A model generated the notes under the pieces. That model was given only the letters and a program-made list of their open reading frames with translations, did no database searches and had not been told where the DNA came from. Shown here in pieces: positions 53,717 through 63,600 of a stretch of 64,000 nt of DNA (positions are counted from its first letter, which is position 1; each line of letters opens with the position of its first letter). The stretch comes from Spirochaetia bacterium. Its GTDB lineage: Bacteria > Spirochaetota > Spirochaetia > CADAEX01. The DNA is taken from NCBI GenBank assembly GCA_963662795.1, contig OY759746.1:288001-352000 (forward strand). Direction: 5' to 3'. The translations under genes and the position numbers were made by a program.

Positions 53717-53805
53717 GATTCACCTCCTGTGCAATAAACGGTAAAATCATATATAAACAATAAGAGAAGAAAAACTTCCGGTCAAGAAATTTAAGGAGAT
53801 ATAAT

Positions 53806-54414
53806 TTGAACAGCATAACAATTGGAGACAGAAGGGTTTTTCCTTCAAAAATAATATGTGTCGGCAGAAATTATACAGATCATATTGAGGAACTGGGGAA
53901 TGAAATACCTGAAGATATTGTAATCTTTATCAAGCCCGGCTCTGCTGTTTCATCAAAACTGATTTCATTTCACGAAGAGCAGATCCACTATGAAGGGGAA
54001 ATATCTTTTTTATATGAAAATGGCCGTTTTTCAGCGGCGGGGTTCGGACTTGATCTTACAAAAAGAGAGCTGCAGGGGAAACTGAAAGCTAAAGGGCTTC
54101 CCTGGGAAAGGGCAAAGGCTTTTGATAATTCCGCCCTCTTCTCCGGTTTTGTAAAAATTGAAAATACTGAGGATATTTCTCTTTTGCTTGAGATTAACGG
54201 CAATACTGTCCAGTCATCAGGCATAAGCTGTATGATATACAGGCCTGAGGTTATCCTTTCTGAAATAAAAAAATTCCTTACGCTTATTGACGGTGATATT
54301 GTAATGACAGGGACGCCAAAGGGGGTCGGCATAATAAAAAAGGGGGATTTGTTCAAAGGTACCCTGAAAAAAGGAGATAAGGAATTAATCTCAGCTCAAT
54401 GGAAAGCACAATAG
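53806..54414 (+). CDS. Fumarylacetoacetate hydrolase family protein
   Basis: KIICVGRNYTDH, HYEGE, WERAKAFD and GDIVMTGTPKGVG. Confidence 0.9.
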   Translation: MNSITIGDRRVFPSKIICVGRNYTDHIEELGNEIPEDIVIFIKPGSAVSSKLISFHEEQIHYEGEISFLYENGRFSAAGFGLDLTKRELQGKLKAKGLPWERAKAFDNSALFSGFVKIENTEDISLLLEINGNTVQSSGISCMIYRPEVILSEIKKFLTLIDGDIVMTGTPKGVGIIKKGDLFKGTLKKGDKELISAQWKAQ

Positions 54415-54418
54415 TATT

Positions 54419-55495
54419 TTAAAGAAGGTCTGACCTGTTGTCTTTTTCAATCAATTTTCTGATATCCCGGACCTTCTGCGATGAACCTTTTTTACAAATG
54501 AGGGCTTTTCCGTTTTTTATAACAACTATAAGGTCTTTAACATCGCAAAGCGCGATCGGTATATCGGAAAAAACAATATTGTTTGATGCTTCAACTTCAA
54601 ACATTTCGCCCTTTTCGAGATTTTTAATAATTGTCTCAAACTGGTCCCAGCTGCCGATATCGTTCCATGAAAAATCAGCTTCAACCATCGCGGAGAGGAG
54701 AGTTTTTTCCATTACAGCATAATCAATGGAAATTGAAGGAGATGTGCTGTAAATAGTTTCAATTTCACTGCTGTCCATTATAATTTCAATACCATTTACA
54801 ATTACCGGAGGAGGCGCTTTTACAATTTTTCCGAATGCAGCGGCTATCTGAGGTGAATATTTTCTGATTTCTTCAAGAAAAACTTCCATGCTGAAAGCAA
54901 ACATTCCCGAATTCCAGAAATAGTTTCCGTCATCTACAAATTTTTTTGCTGTTTCAGGATCAGGTTTTTCGCGGAAGGAAGCAACTTTAAATCCTTTTTT
55001 ATGCTTTTTCCCCTTTTCTATATAACCGTAGCCGGTTTCAGGATATTCAGGCGGTATCCCGAAGGTTACAAGAAATCCATCCCGCGCAAGAGAGTCTGCC
55101 TCTTCTGTATTTTTTTTAAACAGATCCAGCTCCTCTATCAGGTGGTCTGCCGGAAGCACCAGTGAGGTGCAGGGAAACATTCCCCCAAGCTTAAACCACC
55201 ATGCCGCGGCTGTAATTGCGGGAGCAGTATTTCGGGAAGCAGGTTCCGGCAAAATCATTATTTTCCCTGTATCAGCATATTCGGCGCACTCGTCAAGAAC
55301 ATCTTTAAGCTGGGATTTAAGAGTTATAATTATTATTCTTCCGGGTACATCAAGAGACAGGGCCCTCTCAACTGTAAGTTTGAGCAGTGATTTCTCGCCC
55401 TTTACCTTGATAAACTGCTTTGGCGATTCGTTAAGCGAAGCAGGCCAGAGCCTTGTGCCGGAACCGCCGGCAAGAATTAAAACATTATCAACCAT
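54419..55495 (-). CDS. manC: Mannose-1-phosphate guanylyltransferase
   Basis: LAGGSGTRLWP, PKQF, RNTAPA, PADH, TGYGYI, WNSGMF, SIDYAVME and WNDIGSW. Confidence 0.9.
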   Translation of the reverse strand: MVDNVLILAGGSGTRLWPASLNESPKQFIKVKGEKSLLKLTVERALSLDVPGRIIIITLKSQLKDVLDECAEYADTGKIMILPEPASRNTAPAITAAAWWFKLGGMFPCTSLVLPADHLIEELDLFKKNTEEADSLARDGFLVTFGIPPEYPETGYGYIEKGKKHKKGFKVASFREKPDPETAKKFVDDGNYFWNSGMFAFSMEVFLEEIRKYSPQIAAAFGKIVKAPPPVIVNGIEIIMDSSEIETIYSTSPSISIDYAVMEKTLLSAMVEADFSWNDIGSWDQFETIIKNLEKGEMFEVEASNNIVFSDIPIALCDVKDLIVVIKNGKALICKKGSSQKVRDIRKLIEKDNRSDLL

Positions 55496-55612
55496 AATAA
55501 AGGATAATATACAATAAAAAAACAATTCCACAATAGTAAAAAGCTGAACTATTGACCTGAATTTTTTTCTGCCGTAAAATTAAGAACTTTTCAAACATAA
55601 AGGAGAACAGCA

Positions 55613-56701
55613 ATGGCTAAAGGTTTTTCACTAACCATGTATCCCTGGTTATACCTGGCGAAATTTTCAGACAGGAAATGGTCGGGAAAATACATTGAGC
55701 AGCCTCACAAAAGTCCCGAGGAAGAAGCGTCCATGAATGATGAAGCAGCATCAAAACTGCAGATTGAGAGAAACTATATTCCTGGACTTCCGCTTGTGAA
55801 TTACACAACCCAGTACGGAATGGGATGTTTTGAAGGACTAAAGGCTTTTCCTCAGCCTGACGGTACACTTAAGATCTTCAGGCCGGATGAAAACGGCAAG
55901 AGGTTTAAAATGTCTATGGAAGGGCTTTACATGCCCGGTTTTCCTGTCGACATGTTTGTGGAATCTGTTAAAACTGTAATAAAAAAGAATGAGCAGATTG
56001 GTTTTGCCCCAAAATATGATAAAGAATGGGAAAAAGACGACTTTTTAAGCGGAACAGCAGTCTATATAAGACCGTTTTCATATACAGAACCAGGCATTGG
56101 TGTAAATATATCTTCAAGCCCCTGGGTTGTAACAATAGCAACCCCTGTAGGAGCCTATTTCGCACCCGGTAATTCAGGCGCTACAACAACAAAAAGAGTC
56201 AGAGCGACAAAAAACGGAACAGGATGCCTTAAAACTGACTCGAATTATGTTATTTCAGCACTTGCGAAACATGAAGCTATGCAGGAAGGCTATATGGAAG
56301 CTGTTTTTCTTGACGCACGTGAAAACAGGTATCTTGAAGAAGGCTCATCTTCCAATATTTTCTGCTATCTTAAAAACGGAACCCTTGTAACGCCTGACCT
56401 GGGTGACACAATCCTTCCCGGCGTAACAAGAAAAACTGTATTAAAAATAGCTTCAGACTTTGGAATAAAAACTGAAGAAAGAAAAATATCAATTGATGAG
56501 GCCATGAGCGACTCCGCCGAAATGTTTGTTTCAGGAACAGCCGCAGGAATTACATTTCTTGATTCAATCAACCATAACGGCAAAAAGGTTGTTTTTAACA
56601 ACGGTAAAATGGGAGATGTGGCGAAGAAGCTTCTTTTAAAACTAAAAGGGATTCAGTACGGAAAAGAAGAAGACAAATACGGATGGATGTTTAAGGCCTG
56701 A
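55613..56701 (+). CDS. ilvE: Branched-chain amino acid aminotransferase
   Basis: YGMGCFEGLKA, IFRP, YIRP, EEGSSSNIF, ILPGVTR and GTAA. Confidence 0.88.
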   Translation: MAKGFSLTMYPWLYLAKFSDRKWSGKYIEQPHKSPEEEASMNDEAASKLQIERNYIPGLPLVNYTTQYGMGCFEGLKAFPQPDGTLKIFRPDENGKRFKMSMEGLYMPGFPVDMFVESVKTVIKKNEQIGFAPKYDKEWEKDDFLSGTAVYIRPFSYTEPGIGVNISSSPWVVTIATPVGAYFAPGNSGATTTKRVRATKNGTGCLKTDSNYVISALAKHEAMQEGYMEAVFLDARENRYLEEGSSSNIFCYLKNGTLVTPDLGDTILPGVTRKTVLKIASDFGIKTEERKISIDEAMSDSAEMFVSGTAAGITFLDSINHNGKKVVFNNGKMGDVAKKLLLKLKGIQYGKEEDKYGWMFKA

Positions 56702-56738
56702 TACAACTTAAACCCGACCCGACCCGACCTGATCAGAT

Positions 56739-56773
56739 AAAAGGCAGCCGCGCAGAATGCGGGCTGCCTTTTT
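56739..56773. terminator. Bidirectional rho-independent terminator
   Basis: AAAAGGCAGCC...GGCTGCCTTTTT between the convergent ilvE and flcA-like genes. Confidence 0.8.
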
Positions 56774-56805
56774 ATTTCCTGCATCTGTAGGCAGTTTGAA
56801 GGCAG

Positions 56806-59800
56806 TTATTCCTGTTCAGTGAGCATCTCTATCCGACCGTACATGTCCTGATCAATCGCGTTGTAGATAACCGGCTTTTCAATCTGCATATTGTCCCTGC
56901 TGTAGGGAATAACGGTTGCCGCGTAGCTGGTCTTTCTGCCGGCGTTGATAATCGCATACCGCATATTGACCTGGGCAAGGGGCTTGGTAAGGCTTCTGTC
57001 AAGCGTTTCAGGGTCCCTGCTTAAAAGATCATACAGTTCCGACGACCTGGTAAGATAGACAAGCGCGCTGGAATAATAATTGCTGTTCCTGTTTTTTTCT
57101 GAAAGCCGGTAAAGCGTGACACCCAGATTATTATAAACCTCCATAAGCTTTTCCAATACAAGCTGCTGGTCTCTCCTGCTGTCAAGTTCAAGAAAACCCT
57201 GGTGGTCTCTCCAGTATTCAAGTTTTTCAACTACCTGTTCATAGTATGCCATTGCCGGGGAAAAAAGATTATTATAGAAAGAGGCGTTTGCAAAAGCCGA
57301 CAAAACAGATTCATTGTCTCTTTTATCAAGCGATATGTCATAGAAACGCTCGGATGCTTTCGCGTAATTTGTATTTTTATAATATATAAATCCGATTTTA
57401 TAGGACAAGTTGTTGTCACGGTATCCCGTCCCCTCGGCCTTACTGTATTCTCTGAAAGCATCATTATATTTTCCGGCATTATAGTAATAAATATCTCCAA
57501 GATCTTCATAGAGTTTTCCATATTTGGGAAGTACACCGAGAAGGTCCCTGTTGTTTTCATATTCGCTGATTGCTCTCTGGTAATATTTCTGGGCAGGCAG
57601 TATTTTACCGTCATTTTTTTCAAAATAGCCCAGCCTGTTAAGCGCCTCTACTTCGGAATCCTTCCTGACTTTTCTCGCATACATATATGAATGGGGATAT
57701 TCTTCCCTGATGTGACCGAGAGAATCATCTCCTGTAAGATTTTCAACTATCCTTAGACTGTTTCTTTCAAGCAATGGTTTGTCTATTATATTCCACAGCC
57801 TTGAAAGCTGATAATGAGGTTCAGACAATTGTTTATCCATATTGGAAAGCTTTATAAGTTCCCTTTCTATTCCGTTAATGTTTCCTGTGTCAATAAGGTA
57901 TCTGTAAAAATCAACTGCAATATAAGGATCAATATATTTGTCCTTGATATTTTCTATATATCCCCTGTACTGGCCAAGCAGGCCGAAATACTGTTTATTT
58001 TCAATGGGAATTATATCTTCATCAGCATCTTCATCAGCGGCTGCGGAAGCTTTTGCCGCTGCGGAAGCTTCTACGGCTTCTTTCCTTTTTTCTGAAAGTT
58101 TTCCTGATCTAAGGTCTACTGCAATTCTTCTGAAATAAAGTTCCGGTTTTTTCCCGAACTTGAATAATGAGTCATTTATGGTATATTCAGCATCTTTATA
58201 TTTTTCCGCATCCCTGACCGCCCAGTTCAGATAATTATCAATTTTACTGAGAAGCATATCATAATCCCACTTTTTCTTTTTAAGACCGAGATAATCATCA
58301 ATTATCCTTTCAGCGTTCTCATACTCTCCCTGATAAAAAGTCTTTAGGGCCGCATATTCGAGAAAAGCTTTTTTGTCTTCTATAAAAAACCCGAGGATTT
58401 TTTTACCTTTGTTTTTCTCTTTTTCGGAAGACAGATCAGGTCCAATCATCTGGATATATTTTTTTTCGGCAAGATTATATTCCCTTTTTTCGATATATAA
58501 ATCCGCATACCGGAAAAACTGCTTACGGCTTGGCCTTAATTTACTTGCTTTAATAAAAAATTCCTCTGATACGTTATATTTATCGGCCTGGAGCGCTTTG
58601 TAGCCTTTTTCATACAGTACATTGGAATAGATTGGTTTCCAAATAAAATTATTTCCGATAAAAAAAAGAAAAAGAGCGGCAAAAGCAAATACAAGCGACC
58701 TGAGAACAAAAGGGACAATCTGGTACTTGATTATGTATGTTAATGTCCCTTTCTCTTTTTCAAGCTCTTCCCAGGTTTTTCTTTCGTACTGTGCCGGAAT
58801 TCTTATCCTTTTCCCTGTAATTTTGAAAACAAAGTCGGCCATTTCCCGCGGTGTTGCGTCAGATGCAAGCTTGTCGACAAGTGTGTCAAGATTGCGTCCT
58901 GCAAGTTCCTTGTTTCCAATCAGATCTTCAATAAAAAATTTAAGATTCCAGGGAAGTCTCGACAGGGTCTCTGTTACCTGTTTGAGCCTGTCGCCGGATA
59001 TATAGTACTGCCCCTCTTTATCCTCATCCTGACGCGAAGGCAATTCAGATTTTTCAGCAGCAGCCAAAGGAATATCTGCCTTTACCGCTTTATCAGGAAT
59101 TATTTCATCAAGTTCATCAATATTGCCGAATTCCTCACCAAGGTCTTCAAGGCTGAACTCATCCTTCCCCGGCTCTTCATCATCAAGTGTTTCAAGATCT
59201 CCGAGCTCTTCAATTTCTCCAAGATCCTCATAAAGCTCTTCAGTTCCGCCTTCCGGAGACCTGCTCCCGGGAAGTTTTATATCCGCATCATCAAATTCAT
59301 CATCAACAGAAATTGTCTCAAGATCGCCGATATCAAAATCTTCATCAGATATTATGTCTTCAGCAGTTGTTTCCACAGGACTGATATCCACAGGACTGAT
59401 ATCCTCAGGATTGATATCCTCAGGATTGATATCCTCAGGATTGATATCCTCAGGACTGATGTCCTCAGAAAAATCGAAACCCTCTTCCTGAGCTTCTCCA
59501 CCTGCATCAGACGCGAAATCACCATCAGGGGCCATCTCTTTGTCAGTTAAATCATCTTTGAAATCATCTATTCCCTCTTCGAAGTCTTTATCAAAATCAT
59601 CGGGAAGAGAAAAGTCCTCATCTGAGAACTCCCCTGTCTCTTCAGGTTCGCTCTCCTGTCCGGTTTCTTCAATATCTGAAAAACTGTCCGGATCAGAGAC
59701 TGCGTCAGAGTCAGGATCAGCTGCAAAATCATCGAGAACGCTGAATCCTGTATCCTCGCCGCCCTCTTCCTCCTGCTGCGAAAACCGGTCAAGAAGCCGG

Positions 59801-60297
59801 TCAGGATTGTCATCAAAGTCAAGCGAGCTGTCGCCGAAGAGGTCTTCAATATCCTTTGAAGCATCATCTGATGTATCTTCTGTCGAAGATGTATCTTCCG
59901 TCGAATCAGAAGGAATATCAGATAATCCGTCAAGAAGGCCTTCAAGGCCGCTGTCCGGCTCCCCTTCTTCCGGGAGCCCGTCCCCGCCGGTGAGAAAAGC
60001 ATCAGAGAAATCGTCAGGCGAAATATCTTCTTCCGCGCCGGTATCCTTATCCCCTGAAGGCTCTGTAAGGTCCGCAAGATCTTCAAGAGAGGCATCATCA
60101 AGCCCGCCGAAAGTATCTTCCGCTGTGAGGCCCTCATCTTCAAAACCGCCGAGAAGAGCGGAGATATCATCAGGAAGTTCGCCCGATTCAGGCTTTATGT
60201 CTGCAATTTCTTCCCCAAGCTCCGCCATTATGGCCGGTTCATCGCCAAGTGAGTTGAGTCTGTCTTTAAGTTTATCAATATCGCTTATTTCAGGCAT
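56806..60297 (-). CDS. flcA: Periplasmic flagellar collar protein FlcA-like (acidic N-terminus, single TM, TPR repeats)
   Basis: Long Asp/Glu-rich low-complexity N-terminus, one TM segment, TPR-like C-terminus (YNNLGV). Architecture and the divergent CBM neighbour match spirochete flcA loci from recall. Confidence 0.65.
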   Translation of the reverse strand: MPEISDIDKLKDRLNSLGDEPAIMAELGEEIADIKPESGELPDDISALLGGFEDEGLTAEDTFGGLDDASLEDLADLTEPSGDKDTGAEEDISPDDFSDAFLTGGDGLPEEGEPDSGLEGLLDGLSDIPSDSTEDTSSTEDTSDDASKDIEDLFGDSSLDFDDNPDRLLDRFSQQEEEGGEDTGFSVLDDFAADPDSDAVSDPDSFSDIEETGQESEPEETGEFSDEDFSLPDDFDKDFEEGIDDFKDDLTDKEMAPDGDFASDAGGEAQEEGFDFSEDISPEDINPEDINPEDINPEDISPVDISPVETTAEDIISDEDFDIGDLETISVDDEFDDADIKLPGSRSPEGGTEELYEDLGEIEELGDLETLDDEEPGKDEFSLEDLGEEFGNIDELDEIIPDKAVKADIPLAAAEKSELPSRQDEDKEGQYYISGDRLKQVTETLSRLPWNLKFFIEDLIGNKELAGRNLDTLVDKLASDATPREMADFVFKITGKRIRIPAQYERKTWEELEKEKGTLTYIIKYQIVPFVLRSLVFAFAALFLFFIGNNFIWKPIYSNVLYEKGYKALQADKYNVSEEFFIKASKLRPSRKQFFRYADLYIEKREYNLAEKKYIQMIGPDLSSEKEKNKGKKILGFFIEDKKAFLEYAALKTFYQGEYENAERIIDDYLGLKKKKWDYDMLLSKIDNYLNWAVRDAEKYKDAEYTINDSLFKFGKKPELYFRRIAVDLRSGKLSEKRKEAVEASAAAKASAAADEDADEDIIPIENKQYFGLLGQYRGYIENIKDKYIDPYIAVDFYRYLIDTGNINGIERELIKLSNMDKQLSEPHYQLSRLWNIIDKPLLERNSLRIVENLTGDDSLGHIREEYPHSYMYARKVRKDSEVEALNRLGYFEKNDGKILPAQKYYQRAISEYENNRDLLGVLPKYGKLYEDLGDIYYYNAGKYNDAFREYSKAEGTGYRDNNLSYKIGFIYYKNTNYAKASERFYDISLDKRDNESVLSAFANASFYNNLFSPAMAYYEQVVEKLEYWRDHQGFLELDSRRDQQLVLEKLMEVYNNLGVTLYRLSEKNRNSNYYSSALVYLTRSSELYDLLSRDPETLDRSLTKPLAQVNMRYAIINAGRKTSYAATVIPYSRDNMQIEKPVIYNAIDQDMYGRIEMLTEQE
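59372..59468. repeat. 15-bp tandem repeat (about 6.5 copies) encoding (E/V)DI(S/N)P
   Basis: TCC(A/T)CAGGA(C/T)TGATA units start at 59372, 59387, 59402, 59417, 59432 and 59447. Confidence 0.9.
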
Positions 60298-60506
60298 TTG
60301 TCCCTTATTCAGAGTTTCGGAATAGAAATCAACCTTTCTTAGCTAATTTATACCATAATTGCAATAAAAGACAGTCAAAAAAAATCCCGGTGCCGGCCAG
60401 GAAAGGGGCAAATGGAATAATTTTACCGGAACAAAAAAACAGCAGTTTTTCATATGTACCGCAATTAATTATTTATAACAGAGCCTGTTTCGGCCGAATT
60501 TATAGT

Positions 60507-61205
60507 ATGGATTTGAAAAAAACTTTCTCAATTCTCTTTGCCCTGTTAATATCTGCGCATGTCTGCGCCATTGAACTTGAAGGAGCCAATATACATAAAA
60601 AACTCATCGAAATGACAGATGCTTCGCAGCCGGTTTTTATTGATGATTATATATTATTTACTTTTAAAAGCAGTGAAAAAACCTCATTTGTCGGAGCTGC
60701 GTTTGATTTCAGCAATTTTACAAAGGTTTACCAGTATAAAAGAACTCCGGAGGGGATATATTTTCTTGTAATTCAGAATCCGGGAAAAGAAATTATAAAA
60801 TACAGGCTGATAGTCGACGGCCTTTGGATGCCGGACCCGTTTAACAGTGAAAAAATCAGGGATATAAACACTGTGGAAGTTTCAATACTGAGGCAGCCGG
60901 AAAAATCGGACAGCGAAATCAATTATCCCAGGATTGAGGACGGATATACCAATTTTTTTTATAAAGGAGAAACCGGCATAAGCGTGTATCTTGCCGGCAG
61001 CTTCAACGGCTGGGATCCGTTTATGTACCTGCTGTCGGAACGGAGGCCGGGTGAATATTATATTTCACTTAAACTGCCCCCGGGTAAACACAATTATTAT
61101 TATGTTGTTAACGGGAAAATAATACCTGACAAAAGAAACCCCGAAGTAGTCTGGGATAAGGATTTCAGGGAAATATCAACCTTCACAATCCGGCACCGGG
61201 AATAA
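60507..61205 (+). CDS. Exported glycogen-binding (CBM48/AMPK-beta-like) domain protein
   Basis: Signal peptide; YRLIVDGLWMPDP and VYLAGSFNGWDP...LPPGKHNYYYVVNG. Confidence 0.75.
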   Translation: MDLKKTFSILFALLISAHVCAIELEGANIHKKLIEMTDASQPVFIDDYILFTFKSSEKTSFVGAAFDFSNFTKVYQYKRTPEGIYFLVIQNPGKEIIKYRLIVDGLWMPDPFNSEKIRDINTVEVSILRQPEKSDSEINYPRIEDGYTNFFYKGETGISVYLAGSFNGWDPFMYLLSERRPGEYYISLKLPPGKHNYYYVVNGKIIPDKRNPEVVWDKDFREISTFTIRHRE

Positions 61206-61246
61206 AAATCAAACTGCTGAACTCCGCACCTCCTTAAGAACTCAGC

Positions 61247-61275
61247 TTGCATAAAGTATCAGCGCTCATTATACT
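61247..61275 (+). promoter_or_regulatory. Sigma70 promoter of galE
   Basis: TTGCAT (61247), 17 bp, TATACT (61270). Confidence 0.6.
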
Positions 61276-61307
61276 TGCAATAAATAAAAAATCTTCGGGA
61301 GCATATT

Positions 61308-62279
61308 ATCAAAATACTGGTTATCGGCGGTGCCGGCTATATCGGATCGCATGTCGCGAGGAAATTTCTTGACAAAGGCTGCAGTGTAACTGTTTATGAC
61401 AATTTCTCATCAGGACTGCGAATAAACATATTCGGGGAAGAAACTGTTGCGGAAGGGGACATCCTTGATCCTGAGAAGCTGTATTCCGTAATGGCGGAAG
61501 GCTTTGACGGGATAATTCACCTTGCAGCGTTCAAGGCCGCGGGCGAATCAATGACCGCGCCTGAAAAATATTCGGTAAACAATATTACAGGGACAATAAA
61601 CATAATAAACTCAGCCTGCCGGGCGGGGATAAAAAATGTGGTTTTTTCATCATCCGCGGCTGTTTACGGCGAACCGCAGTACATACCGATAGATGAGGAC
61701 CACCCTGCTAACCCTGAAAACTATTACGGATACACAAAACTTCAGATTGAAGGATTATTATCCTGGTACGACAGGCTGAAAGGGCTGAAATACGCATCGC
61801 TGCGCTACTTCAACGCCGCCGGATACGATCCAGAAATGAGGATCAGGGGCCTTGAGAAAAACCCTGCGAACCTGCTTCCAATAATTATGGAAACCGCCGC
61901 CGGGACAAGGGGGCGCCTTGATATATACGGAAACGACTACCCCACTCCCGACGGGACCTGCATCAGGGACTATGTACATGTTACAGACCTTGCAGAGGCC
62001 CACTACCTTGCAATGGAATACCTTATGAACGGAAAAGAAAGTCTTACAGTAAACCTCGGAAGCGAATCAGGATTGAGTGTTCTGGAAATTCTCGAAAAAT
62101 CAAGGACCATTACAGGAAGGGCCATACCTTCGAAAATCGCGCCCAGAAGGCCGGGAGATCCGGCAAAACTTGTGGCTAAATCGGAAAAGGCAAGGGAAAT
62201 ACTTGGATGGAAAGCTGAAAACAGTACGGCAGAGGTGCTGATTTCCTCGTCCTGGAACGTTTATAAAGAGGCCCTTTAA
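61308..62279 (+). CDS. galE: UDP-glucose 4-epimerase (non-canonical ATC start inferred)
   Basis: An in-frame IKILVIGGAGYIGSH starts at 61308, upstream of the listed ORF; HLAAFKA, FSSSAAVYG, YGYTK, LRYFNAAG and DGTCIRDYVHV. Confidence 0.88.
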   Translation: MKILVIGGAGYIGSHVARKFLDKGCSVTVYDNFSSGLRINIFGEETVAEGDILDPEKLYSVMAEGFDGIIHLAAFKAAGESMTAPEKYSVNNITGTINIINSACRAGIKNVVFSSSAAVYGEPQYIPIDEDHPANPENYYGYTKLQIEGLLSWYDRLKGLKYASLRYFNAAGYDPEMRIRGLEKNPANLLPIIMETAAGTRGRLDIYGNDYPTPDGTCIRDYVHVTDLAEAHYLAMEYLMNGKESLTVNLGSESGLSVLEILEKSRTITGRAIPSKIAPRRPGDPAKLVAKSEKAREILGWKAENSTAEVLISSSWNVYKEAL

Positions 62280-62427
62280 GCTGCTGCCGTCTGACGGCTG
62301 ACAGACCCATTTTTTTAATTGGTTATAGGCATTCTCTCTTCCGTGGTATAATTCACCTGACTGTTTATAAAAATTTATTCTTTGCAAATTAAAAGACCTT
62401 AAATTAAAATAGTTTCAGGGGGTCATT

Positions 62428-63600
62428 ATGACTAAAGAAGAAAAAGCCGCGATACTCGCAGACCTCACAGATTTCGACACTGTCTTCCGGGAAATAAAGG
62501 AATTATTCCTTTCAAATTTAGTAATGATCAGTGAAATACCGGCCCCTACTTTCGAGGAGCAGGAGCGTGTAGGTTTTCTGCTTAATAAATTCTCTGAAGC
62601 CAACCTTATCAACACCTCTACAGACGAATACGGCAATGCCCTGGGGATACATCCAGGGACAGGAGAGGGGAAGAACATACTTCTTGTCTCAAATATTGAT
62701 ACTTCAGTGGATTTTACAGTTGACCACTCTGTAAGTGTCGGCCCCGGAACAGTAACCGGCCCGGCGGTGGGCAATAACGCGGTAGGGCTTGCGGCAATAA
62801 CCGTACTGCCTTCTCTTCTTGATAAACTCGGCATTACGCTTAAATCAAACCTTATTCTGATGGGATCGGCCAGAAGCCTGGGAAAAGGGAGCCTGGGGGG
62901 CTTGAGGTTTTTTCTGAAAAACACCCGGCACCCGATAAAAGCGGGAATATGCCTTGAGGGGATGAAGCTGGGAGAGATAAGCCACAGATCGCTTGGAATG
63001 ATGAGGTGTGAAATAATCTACAACACACCTGATAATTTTGACTGGAGAATGTTCGGCAGAATTGGAGCTATAGAAACTCTGAGTGAGATTATAAGCAGGA
63101 TCAGGGAGATCCCCATTCCCAGCAAGCCGAGGACATCAATTTCCTTCGGTTCGATAGAAAGCGGGACAGAGTACAGTTTTGTCTCAAGCGAGGGAATAGT
63201 AAGATTTGAGTTAAGAAGCGAATCGGAAGATATGGTAAGCATGCTTAAGCATGAAATCCAGAACATTGTCGCGGAAGTATCTTCAAGTTACGGTATTGAG
63301 GTTTCCATGAATGTAGTCGGGCAAAGAAAACCGGGCGGTATCCCTTTTACACATTCCCTTACAACTTCCGTAAGAGGAATAATGGATGCACTTAATATCA
63401 AGTACTCTGTACAGCCTACAACCTCCGAGCTTTCCGCTTTTATTGACAGCGGAATTCCGGCAATTACCATAGGCATAACCAACGGCACGAGAAAAGATAA
63501 AAATACCGAGGAGATTGAAATTGAGCCTGTCTCCCAGGGGCTTAAAACACTATTGGGGCTTATACTTTCTGTTGACAGGGAGGAATATGATGAATCCTGA
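62428..63600 (+). CDS. M20 peptidase-fold protein with dimerisation domain, metal ligands apparently lost
   Basis: EIPAPTFEE, DEYGN and FELRS are M20-like; the ligand motifs are degenerate (SNIDT, GNN, ARSLG). Confidence 0.65.
   Translation: MTKEEKAAILADLTDFDTVFREIKELFLSNLVMISEIPAPTFEEQERVGFLLNKFSEANLINTSTDEYGNALGIHPGTGEGKNILLVSNIDTSVDFTVDHSVSVGPGTVTGPAVGNNAVGLAAITVLPSLLDKLGITLKSNLILMGSARSLGKGSLGGLRFFLKNTRHPIKAGICLEGMKLGEISHRSLGMMRCEIIYNTPDNFDWRMFGRIGAIETLSEIISRIREIPIPSKPRTSISFGSIESGTEYSFVSSEGIVRFELRSESEDMVSMLKHEIQNIVAEVSSSYGIEVSMNVVGQRKPGGIPFTHSLTTSVRGIMDALNIKYSVQPTTSELSAFIDSGIPAITIGITNGTRKDKNTEEIEIEPVSQGLKTLLGLILSVDREEYDES

Noticed and set aside
56712-56732. (CCCGA)n microrepeat after ilvE, and the TTTTATACTTCTT duplication near 15228-15253
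   Set aside because: Too short and without spacers; they are not CRISPR arrays and suggest no function.
59540-60325. Long Ser-rich antisense ORF, plus similar shadow ORFs over groL, argB, acrB and the OmpA gene
   Set aside because: These are reverse-frame shadows of real genes with biased codons; they have no motifs or RBS support.
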